Positions 21,531-29,358 of a stretch of DNA of 64,000 nt are shown piece by piece (the first letter of the stretch is position 1; every line of letters begins with the position of its first letter). Under the pieces are notes generated by a model. That model was not told where the DNA came from and did no database searches. It saw only the letters and a list, made by a program, of their open reading frames with translations. Source of the stretch: a virus (taxonomy: Duplodnaviria; Caudoviricetes); the IMG/VR virus record IMGVR_UViG_3300029288_000085, positions 1-64,000 of that record, one strand, 5' to 3'. Position numbers and translations under genes: made by a program.

Positions 21531-22439
21531 TTGAAAATATGTTGGGATAGTCTTGAGAAATTAAAATATATAAAAGATAAAAATTTATGGTATAATGGTA
21601 AAACAAGTTATCGGTATGTTGAATGCTGTAGAACTTGTGGGGATGATTTTCTAGCTTCAACTTTAAATAATGGATACTTTTGTTGCAGATCTTGTTTTAG
21701 ATTAAATGATGAGGCAAAGCATAAAATAAGTCTATCTCTTATTGGTACTAAACGTAGATTAGGAAAAAAACATTCTGATAAGACTAAAGAAATTTTAAGA
21801 GCTAAAAGTAGGGGGAGGAAATGTCATTGGATGGGTGGTGTTGTTGAAAAAAATCTGCCATTGTATAATACCTATGCTAGTAAACTTTCATACTGTGAAG
21901 AGGTTAGAAGATCTTCAGCAGACAATAATATTTTAGAAGTTAGGTGTTTTAAATGTAGAAATTGGTTTGTGCCAAAACGCACTAGTGTCAGATTAAGACT
22001 TAGTGCATTAAGTGGGCAAACAGGTGGTGAAAGTCATTTCTATTGTTCTCAAGATTGTAAGATTCAATGTTCAATATTTCGGAAAAGGAAGTATTCAGAT
22101 GATGAAATTTTAAAAAGAAAAGAATTATATCATTCATCAGTAGATAGTATTTCTAATCATAATTACCTTAAATACTTATGGGTTATAAATCCTTTAGGGT
22201 TAGTAAGAGGAACTAAAAGTGAAGATTATTCATTAGATCATATTTATTCTATACAAGATGGATTTGAAAATAGTATTCTTCCTGAAATAATTTCTTCTCC
22301 TGTTAATCTTAGGATGATTACATTAGGAAAAAATATTTCAAAGAGTAATAAATCTCTTTTCACCAAAGAGCAATTATATGAATTGTATTATCAATTTCTA
22401 AAAGAAGAGAAAGAAAGAAGTTATGCAGAACGTAAATAA
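21531..22439 (+). mobile_element. Free-standing homing endonuclease (NUMOD3 + Zn ribbons + HNH-like C-terminus)
   Basis: GKKHSDKTKE NUMOD3; CxxC pairs; SLDHIYS...NLRMI...NISK; flanked by the duplicated pol 3' end. Confidence 0.75.
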
Positions 22440-22512
22440 ACCATTTCCGAATATTAACAGAGTAAGGTTGAAAGCAGATATAGAAATAGGAGACAATTTA
22501 GCAGAGGTATAA
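22414..22512 (+). pseudogene. Orphan duplicate of the DNA polymerase C-terminal 32 codons
   Basis: KEVMQNVNKPFPNINRVRLKADIEIGDNLAEV* versus pol KETMQNINKPFSGINDVRLKVDIKVGEDLSEV*. Confidence 0.88.
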
Positions 22513-22917
22513 TATGCTCATAGCAAAAATATTCATTAATGAACGTCAAATTGACGAGATTCATATTCGCAATATAAGAGAAGTCCCAAGGAAAAAAGGT
22601 TATTATGAATATGTAATTGAGAAACCTGATTTGAAAGGACTAAGTCTGAAACATAAACGTGATAAAGGTTACAAGCCTCTGTTGGCAAAGGTGCTAGATT
22701 TAATAAGTTTTTCGGAGGAATATTATGAGTAAAGTATATTGCAGAGATTGTAAGTATCTTGCACAGGTTGAAGATGATTTAGTATATTATACTAATTGGA
22801 AATACAGATGCAATTCACCTAATAATACAGAAGAGTATAAAATAGTAGATAGTTGGCTTAAATGTCATAGACAATTATCTAAACCTAAAATTAGCCCAGA
22901 TGTAAAAAATAAGAATA

Positions 22918-23316
22918 ATGACTGTGATTGGTATAAGGAGAAAGATGTTGAACAACTCAATTCTGGAATTAGCTGTTAAAGAAGCAAGAAAGTCTGATCA
23001 CAGACATAAAATGGGTGCTGTTATTTTTAATCATAAGAGCATTATATCTTCCGGCAGAAACTATTCTTGTAGATCAGTCAAACATTGTCATCCTAGATTC
23101 TTCAGATGGAAAGGTTCTCTTCATGCTGAGATGGATGCTATTATAAAGGCTAAAAGAGATTTAGATGGTTACTCAATTCTTATTATACGTGTGAATAATC
23201 TAGGAAATTTAATGTTTGCTATGCCTTGTGATCATTGTATGGCATATCTTTTGTATACAGGATTGAAATATTGTTATTATTCTGATGAAGATAGAATTTG
23301 TAGAATGAAACTATAA
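22918..23316 (+). CDS. Cytidine/dCMP deaminase-superfamily protein
   Basis: MGAVI...GRN, HAE and PCDHC zinc motifs. Confidence 0.8.
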   Translation: MTVIGIRRKMLNNSILELAVKEARKSDHRHKMGAVIFNHKSIISSGRNYSCRSVKHCHPRFFRWKGSLHAEMDAIIKAKRDLDGYSILIIRVNNLGNLMFAMPCDHCMAYLLYTGLKYCYYSDEDRICRMKL

Positions 23317-24889
23317 AGAAAGGTGAATGGTTAATTATGAAAAAAAATAAAACGCACACGTTCAAATGCAACTCTTGTACCGGATCTCGATGCCCCTTTT
23401 CTGAAAAACAAATGAAGAAACTAGCTGATAGTTCACAATGTAAATTTTATGCTACCTCCTCTCAATGGAAAGTGCCAATGTTGTATTCCATACTGAATAG
23501 TAATAATGGACCAACAAAATTAGCTGAATTGTTACGAAGACATAAAATGTTGTTTAGGGAAACAAGTAGATATCCACATTTTGAATTAACATTTTAGATG
23601 AGGTTTGATGTGAAGAAAGGTAAAATTTGTTATTATTGTACTCATTTTCATGCTGATGTTGATAGTATAATAGCACGGGCAGATGGTGAAGAGATAATTG
23701 TAAAAAGTAAATGTCCAATAAAGAATACAATTATCACTGATAGTGATGAAGCATGTAATAAATTCAATCTAGTTGATTATTTCTATTGCTCGAAAAAGGA
23801 ACAACGAGCACAGATGAAATTATGTTTAGCACGAAGAGAAAAGAAAATGGAAGGTTGTGTGAGGTGTTCACAAGGTAAATATATAGAGGAGGTATTATTA
23901 GATGCGAGAAAATGATGGGGGGTGGGATTTTGTAAAGTTAGGTGGTATTTATCAGTATAAAGAAGAAGGAGTAATTTATATAGTTGAAATTATAGAAGAT
24001 AAGTCAACTGAAAAAGAATACAAATTTGTATTAAAACCTCTTGCGTGTACATTATACTCTCTTAAACCTTTTGAAATATCTTTTGTGAAGAATAATACTG
24101 GATATTGGAATAATATGCCACAATTTTATGAAGAGGCTGAATATGTCCTGTTACCTATTGGTACTCCTTGGCCCTATGTAATAGACAATAAATATAAATA
24201 TGTGGGAATACATCATAGTCTGGAGGAATTAACAGATGAAAATAATAAAAGTATCTGAAGATAGAAATTCTTATTACCTTACAACAGATGATTCTACAGG
24301 ATTTAGGTTACTGAAAAAATATAAAGTAGTTCCTAAAGTTGGGGATGATATTGAGGTTCAAACAGTACATTTCTCTACAGTTAGAGGTATTATCTTAAAT
24401 GGTAAACAAATCTTCTATAAAACTGATGAGGATTTAGAGAAAGAACATCAGAATTGGTTAGATAAAAATGAAAAAAAGAAGCAACGTCTCTTTATAAGAA
24501 ATAAACCAAAATTAGATAAAGATTATAACACTCTTCCTGAAGAATTTAAGAAAAGAATTGACAAATTTAGAATGACAAATCCAAGATTTAGAGTAGATTA
24601 TGAACCATATGAAATGTTTTGTTGTAAAGAAGCTCTGAAGATCGCTAAAGCTTTAAAAGGAAAGACAGAAGAAGAAGTACAAAATTTCTCAAAGGCTGAT
24701 TATACAATTCAAAAGCAAACTGTACCAAAATTAGGTAAAGGACATAGTGGAAATACTTTTGGTGTGGCAGTGAGATTAGCTTATTGGTATCTATTTAATC
24801 CAGAAAATGTGATCTTGGAGCATGGAGCATTAACCACATTAGTAGGTTGTGATGCATATGGTTGCCCACATGAAAAGAAAGAGGGATAG

Positions 24890-25360
24890 ATGGAAAAATT
24901 TGATAAAGATTCAGATGATATAGATTTGGAACTGATTATTGATGACTCGTCAGCACATAAATTATCTGAGGCTATAAAGGTAGGACCACGCAAAGCAGCA
25001 AAATATGTTAGGCTTTCTGCGGCTGCAAATAAGAAAGTAAAGCAATTAGAATTAGCAGAAAAAGTGCTATTAGCTGAATTAATAGGTGCAAGAGGAACAA
25101 TGTCAGCAACAGCTAGACAGGAATTAAGAAAAGGGGGGTTAGCTTCAGATGAACGGGTTCAGAAGCTAGAACAGGAAATTATAGATGCACAGGAAGAAGC
25201 TGATATCTTAAATGGATTAGTATCCGTGTGGACAGGAAGACAGTACTCATTTAAAGAATTAGTTAAATTAATGGATAGGATATTATCAGAGCAATTTGGT
25301 TTTGTTTCTCCAGAAAAGAAGAGTAAGGAGTTGGAAAAAATATTTGAGGAAGGGTCTTGA
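24890..25360 (+). CDS. Possible UvsY-like recombination mediator
   Basis: Helical/coiled-coil, DLxI N-terminus; RecA and gp32-like genes nearby. Confidence 0.35.
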   Translation: MEKFDKDSDDIDLELIIDDSSAHKLSEAIKVGPRKAAKYVRLSAAANKKVKQLELAEKVLLAELIGARGTMSATARQELRKGGLASDERVQKLEQEIIDAQEEADILNGLVSVWTGRQYSFKELVKLMDRILSEQFGFVSPEKKSKELEKIFEEGS

Positions 25361-25386
25361 CAACTTTTTTCAAAGAAAATGCATCT

Positions 25387-25420
25387 TACCCCTTGACTTT
25401 TTAGGTATCATTCTTATCTT
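25387..25420 (+). promoter_or_regulatory. Sigma70-like promoter TTGACT-N16-TATCTT, candidate driver of the RNA-array/DUF2828/cas12f island
   Basis: TACCCCTTGAC-N6-GGTAT-N5-TTATCTT; matches 7872-7905. Confidence 0.6.
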
Positions 25421-25445
25421 GTAGGGCAAGGAAGTAAGACTTAGA

Positions 25446-25496
25446 AGGTTGAGTACAGCAATACAAATCCACTACAAATGGGAAAATTCTCAACCT
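25446..25496 (+). ncRNA. CAGCAA/anticodon-mimic unit 1 (loop CT-ACA-AA, Cys-like with A34)
   Basis: Outer stem AGGTTGAG/CTCAACCT; TACAGCAA; inner TCCA-CTACAAA-TGGG. Confidence 0.75.
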
Positions 25497-25508
25497 GTTT
25501 AAATTAGA

Positions 25509-25573
25509 ACAAAGGTTTCAGCAAACAAACAGACATATCAATTGGGATGATAAAACGTCAAAAAAGCCTTTGT
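25509..25573 (+). ncRNA. Unit 2 (loop AT-TGG-GA, Pro)
   Basis: ACAAAGGTTT/AAGCCTTTGT; TCAGCAA; TATCA-ATTGGGA-TGATA. Confidence 0.78.
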
Positions 25574-25586
25574 GTAATTAGTTAGA

Positions 25587-25648
25587 AGATTGGTTCCGGC
25601 AAAAATAAATGGCATAGACTATTAATCTATATACCAAAAAGCCAATCT
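25587..25648 (+). ncRNA. Unit 3 (loop CT-ATT-AA, Asn-like with A34)
   Basis: AGATTGGTT/AGCCAATCT; CCGGCAA variant; ATAGA-CTATTAA-TCTAT. Confidence 0.75.
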
Positions 25649-25673
25649 GAAATTTAAAAAGGAGAACCATAAA

Positions 25674-27149
25674 ATGAGCAAAAGAAAAATCAGTTCTACT
25701 ATGACAAAGAAAGTAAATCTTCCTACTCGTAAAACGTGGGAAGGTGCGAATGCTTATGAGCATTCCCTTGATAATCATTTAGAGTTCTTTTCTAAGGCAG
25801 GTTCCTTATTTGAGAATCGTAAATCATTTTATGGTGCTCAATCTGAGAGTACTGCATTATCTTTATTCCAACAGATGTGGGCTTCTGGAAAACCAGAATT
25901 AGCTATGAAATTATTGTTCTGGTTGCGTGATTGTAGAGGTGGGGCAGGAAATAGGTCAGGATTTAGAAGTATAATTCAATGGCTTGCTAGTTCTAATGAT
26001 TCTAAATGGCTTGATGCAAATCTAATTCTCGTACCAAAATATGGAAGGTGGGATGATTTGAGATCGTTGTTTGGAACAGAACTACAAACCCAAGCTGCTG
26101 AATTGTGGGGCAGTTCTGTATTAGCTAATGATGTATTAGCTACAAAATGGGCTGATAGGCGTGATTTACCTATCTTTTTCTACATTCGTTCTAAAATCAA
26201 TATTTCAGACATAGGAGAGTTTCGCAGATTATTAAGTAGTGTACGTAAACAGCATATTGTAGAACACAAGATGTGTTCAAGCCAATGGAATGAGATTCAA
26301 TATCCTCATGTTCCTTCTGTAGCAATGGCTAGATATACAAAAGCCTTTGGTCGTCACGATGAGCAAAGGTTCACACAGTATAAAGAAGATCTAAAATCTG
26401 GTAAACAGGAGATCAAAGCAGAGGTACTTTTTCCTCATGACTGTGTTAGAACTGCTCGATTTGGTGATGAAGCTATTGCTGACGCTCAATTTGACGCTCT
26501 CCCCAATTATTTAGGGGAGAGCAATGAGCGTATTATTGTAATAGCCGATACTTCAGGTTCAATGAATGTGGTTTTAAGTGGTTCTATTCATAATATGGAT
26601 ATATCACAAGGATTGGCATTATACTGTTCTTCAAGAATTCCAAAGGATAGTCCTTTTCATAAGAAGTTTATTGGTTTTGAGAGTGAAAGTCAGTTTAAAG
26701 ATTGGGAGGGAATGACATTTTCTGAAGCAATAGGTGATAGAGAAATATTTGATGGTGCTTGTGGTTCAACTAGAATTGATACGGCATTAGATCTTATTTT
26801 AAAAACAGCAAAATTCTTTAAGATTCCACAAGAATTAATGCCAACAACACTTCTTATAGTGTCAGATATGCAGTTCCATCAAGGTGGGTCATTATCTAAT
26901 GATACAGAAGTTGAAGCATGTCTTAAGAAATTCCAAGCTTCAGGATATAAACCACCTAAAGTAGTATACTGGAACCTAGAGGGGTATCAAGGGCAACAAG
27001 CTACAAAAGATATGAAGAATGTTGGTATGGTTTCAGGATTTTCACCTTCAATTTTAAAAGCTATTTTTGGTGGTACAGCATTTGATCCAATAAGCATAAT
27101 GCTTAGAGCTGTTGAGAAGTACGAGATTCAAACACCGTATGTTAATTAA
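25674..27149 (+). CDS. DUF2828-family TROVE/Ro60-like protein with C-terminal vWA domain
   Basis: LFWLRDCRGGAG.R, YGRWDDL, VPSVAM..Y.KAF.RHD; DTSGSM (MIDAS); SDMQF, YWNL, VSGFSP. Confidence 0.85.
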   Translation: MSKRKISSTMTKKVNLPTRKTWEGANAYEHSLDNHLEFFSKAGSLFENRKSFYGAQSESTALSLFQQMWASGKPELAMKLLFWLRDCRGGAGNRSGFRSIIQWLASSNDSKWLDANLILVPKYGRWDDLRSLFGTELQTQAAELWGSSVLANDVLATKWADRRDLPIFFYIRSKINISDIGEFRRLLSSVRKQHIVEHKMCSSQWNEIQYPHVPSVAMARYTKAFGRHDEQRFTQYKEDLKSGKQEIKAEVLFPHDCVRTARFGDEAIADAQFDALPNYLGESNERIIVIADTSGSMNVVLSGSIHNMDISQGLALYCSSRIPKDSPFHKKFIGFESESQFKDWEGMTFSEAIGDREIFDGACGSTRIDTALDLILKTAKFFKIPQELMPTTLLIVSDMQFHQGGSLSNDTEVEACLKKFQASGYKPPKVVYWNLEGYQGQQATKDMKNVGMVSGFSPSILKAIFGGTAFDPISIMLRAVEKYEIQTPYVN

Positions 27150-27152
27150 TGA

Positions 27153-27208
27153 AGGTTTGCTTCAGCAATAAAAATATTAGACTTGAAATCTAACTAAAAT
27201 GCAAACCT
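27153..27208 (+). ncRNA. Unit 4 (loop CT-TGA-AA, Ser)
   Basis: AGGTTTGC/GCAAACCT; TTCAGCAA; TTAGA-CTTGAAA-TCTAA. Confidence 0.8.
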
Positions 27209-27222
27209 GTATTAATTTTAAT

Positions 27223-27272
27223 GGAATGGTTTCAGCAAAAAACATGGTCTGAAACACCAACAAAGCCATTCC
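27223..27272 (+). ncRNA. Unit 5 (loop CT-GAA-AC, Phe)
   Basis: GGAATGGTTT/AAGCCATTCC; TCAGCAA; TGGT-CTGAAAC-ACCA. Confidence 0.78.
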
Positions 27273-27282
27273 GTGAATTATA

Positions 27283-27350
27283 AGGAAGGTTACAGCAAAC
27301 AATATATTATATAATAACTGACAAAGTTATCAAATAATAAAAGCCTTCCT
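27283..27350 (+). ncRNA. Unit 6 (7-nt loop TGACAAA; Val GAC-like or ACA, register ambiguous)
   Basis: AGGAAGGTT/AGCCTTCCT; ACAGCAA; ATAAC-TGACAAA-GTTAT. Confidence 0.7.
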
Positions 27351-27361
27351 GTTAATATGAA

Positions 27362-27415
27362 ACATTGGTTTCAGCAAACAAAAATAAATCATATGGGATG
27401 ATAAAAAGCCAATGT
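27362..27415 (+). ncRNA. Unit 7 (loop TA-TGG-GA, Pro-like)
   Basis: ACATTGGTTT/AAGCCAATGT; TCAGCAA; ATCA-TATGGGA-TGAT. Confidence 0.75.
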
Positions 27416-27464
27416 GAAATTAGGATGTTAAGATGGAAAGGTGGATTAAAGGGAGAAAGATATA

Positions 27465-28781
27465 ATGCAAAAAGATGTAAGAGCTATCAAACTTTACTTC
27501 CATAAACCTTTAGTTAAAGATTGGAAAGAAGTATCTCCTTTATTAAATGATATTAGTTACAAAGTGACTAGAGGATTAAATAGTTGTATGAGTGAGTGGT
27601 ATATGTGGCAATCAAATATTGAAAGGGCTAGAAAGAAAAATATAGAATTTAACTTGGCTGAAGCAAGGGAAAATGAAAGAACTAGACAATATAAAATGAT
27701 AAGAGAAATGTTTCCTGAATTATATTCAGGATTAGCTGACTCTATTAAAGAAACAGCATTTAAGAAGTGGAAGAATGAGTGTAAAGATGTTTTCTATGCT
27801 CAAAGAAAATCCTTATCTTCCTATAAAAAAGGAAAATTAATACCACTCCATGATCAATCTTATTCTGTTGGGAGGATAAATAAAGAAGTAATTCTCAATA
27901 TGAGTTTGTTTTCAAAGCAATCTGATTCTTCTAATAAAGATATGAAATTTGTATTAAAGACACAAAAGATAGATGGTAGTACAAGACATGTTTTAGAACA
28001 AATTTTAAAAGGTAATTTCGTTAAAAAGGCGGGTAGTCTAAAAAAAGATAGTCGTGGTAGAACATATGTAAATATTGCCTATGAAAAACCACATGACCCA
28101 ATCAAAGGTCTAGATCCAGAGAAGATTGTAGGTGTTGATTTAGGAGTTGCACATTCTTTTTATTGTGCTGTAAATTCAACATTAGATTCTATAAAAAGTG
28201 AAGATGGTCATCTTCTTGAAAGATTTCGGAATCAAATACGAAGACTTAGAAAGGGTATACAATCATCATATAGATTATCCAATAGTAGAAAAGGTAAAGG
28301 TAGAGTATATGCCTTAAAACCTTTAAACAGATTAAGAGACAAAGAAAAAAGATTTCGAGATACTTATTGTCATAACTGTAGTAGAATCATTGTCGATTTT
28401 GCAGCAAAAGTTGGTGCTGGTATAATCCAAATGGAAGATTTATCTAGTATGAAATCATTAAAAGTACATGATAAATTTCTTTCCGGGTGGCCTATTGCAG
28501 ATTTACAAAACAAAATTGAGTACAAAGCAAATGAGTATGGTATTGAAGTAAAAAAAGTAAATCCACAATATACAAGTCAAAGATGTTCATCTTGTGGTCA
28601 CATCTCATCTGAAAATCGAGAGAAGATGAGCAGGGAATTTAAGTGTGTTAGATGTGGGGTGGAGATGGATGCTGATTATAATGCTGCAAAGAACTTGAGT
28701 ATTAGAGGAATAGATGAAATCATCAAAAATGCGAACCTAAAGTTGACAGAAAATCTTAGTGAGGTTCGCACAAATGTGTAA
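27465..28781 (+). CDS. cas12f1: Cas12f1 (type V-F) miniature effector, RuvC intact
   Basis: VGVDLG, IQMEDL, VNPQYTSQRCSSCG, FKCVRCG, DADYNAAKN; collinear with AsCas12f1 as recalled (KP...DWKE N-terminus); adjacent tracrRNA and array. Confidence 0.88.
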   Translation: MQKDVRAIKLYFHKPLVKDWKEVSPLLNDISYKVTRGLNSCMSEWYMWQSNIERARKKNIEFNLAEARENERTRQYKMIREMFPELYSGLADSIKETAFKKWKNECKDVFYAQRKSLSSYKKGKLIPLHDQSYSVGRINKEVILNMSLFSKQSDSSNKDMKFVLKTQKIDGSTRHVLEQILKGNFVKKAGSLKKDSRGRTYVNIAYEKPHDPIKGLDPEKIVGVDLGVAHSFYCAVNSTLDSIKSEDGHLLERFRNQIRRLRKGIQSSYRLSNSRKGKGRVYALKPLNRLRDKEKRFRDTYCHNCSRIIVDFAAKVGAGIIQMEDLSSMKSLKVHDKFLSGWPIADLQNKIEYKANEYGIEVKKVNPQYTSQRCSSCGHISSENREKMSREFKCVRCGVEMDADYNAAKNLSIRGIDEIIKNANLKLTENLSEVRTNV

Positions 28782-28791
28782 CATACTGAGA
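28730..28791 (+). promoter_or_regulatory. CRISPR leader-like inverted repeat TGCGAACCT-N23-AGGTTCGCA plus degenerate distal IHF-like site
   Basis: IR at 28730-28738/28762-28770; TAACATACTGAGA at 28779-28791 (2 mismatches to YAANNNNTTGATW). Confidence 0.6.
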
Positions 28792-28799
28792 TCCTTATG

Positions 28800-28910
28800 G
28801 ATCTGGGTTTACTCACAGACCCTAGATGGAGAAAGTGATGTGGTAAGTCCTATGAAGTTAATAGGTTCGCATAATACGCTCCGTAAGATATCTAATATCA
28901 ACTACTTACA
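28800..28910 (+). ncRNA. Cas12f tracrRNA (approximate ends)
   Basis: TTTACTCACA (28808-28817, at a hairpin apex) is complementary to the repeat 3' end; ATATCTAAT (28888-28896) is complementary to the repeat middle; GGAGAAAGTG...ACGCTCCGTAAG core resembles the AsCas12f tracrRNA. Confidence 0.78.
28896..28908 (+). promoter_or_regulatory. IHF consensus site 10 bp upstream of the first repeat
   Basis: TATCAACTACTTA = WATCAANNNNTTR exactly. Confidence 0.65.
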
Positions 28911-28918
28911 TTAGTACA

Positions 28919-29089
28919 GTCACAACAAGTTGTGAAATTAGATATTGATGTGAGTAAATGACGGAGGAAAAGTTAACGTTGTTACAACAGTCACAACAAG
29001 TTGTGAAATTAGATATTGATGTGAGTAAAATATCAATCCTTGGAATTGTGTCACAACAAGTTGTGAAATTAGATATTGATGTGAGTATA
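28919..29089 (+). CRISPR. Mini CRISPR array: 3 repeats (~40 nt, GTCACAACAAGTTGTGAAATTAGATATTGATGTGAGTAAA), 2 spacers (31 and 20 nt)
   Basis: Repeats at 28919, 28990 and 29050; first 38 nt identical; internal palindrome TCACAAC/GTTGTGA. Confidence 0.92.
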
Positions 29090-29358
29090 TAATGAAGAAC
29101 CTGATGATGAAGCTAGAAAATGGGCTATAAATGTAATAAGTAAAAAAGAAATAGGAAAATGAGAATGATTTGCAATACAACAATAATATTGTTATTGTTA
29201 TTATTTTTTCTGATAACGGTTATTTTTCCACTTATCATTTTTAGCAAATCATTTAGTAAATTTGAAAATGATTTAATTTGTAACTTACGTAATCATGGTT
29301 ATACAGAAGAAGAAATTAATAATAAGTTAATTAAATTAAGGAGAATGAGAATTAAAGT

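Noticed and set aside
21515-22512. Intron or intein in the polymerase gene
   Set aside because: The pol ORF is complete with its own stop, and there is no non-coding space for a ribozyme core around the endonuclease.
25446-27415. The seven units as a CRISPR array, true tRNAs, terminators or Cas12f guides
   Set aside because: Stems covary instead of being identical repeats; there are no D/T/acceptor arms and no U-tracts; I see no complementarity to the tracrRNA, and Cas12f has its own array.
27465-28781. IS200/IS605 TnpB transposon
   Set aside because: No tnpA or IS ends seen; the AsCas12f1-like N-terminus, anti-repeats and adjacent array favour Cas12f.
28938-29183. Minus-strand 81-aa ORF with repeated YSHQYLISQLVVT
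   Set aside because: It is just the antisense translation of the CRISPR repeats.
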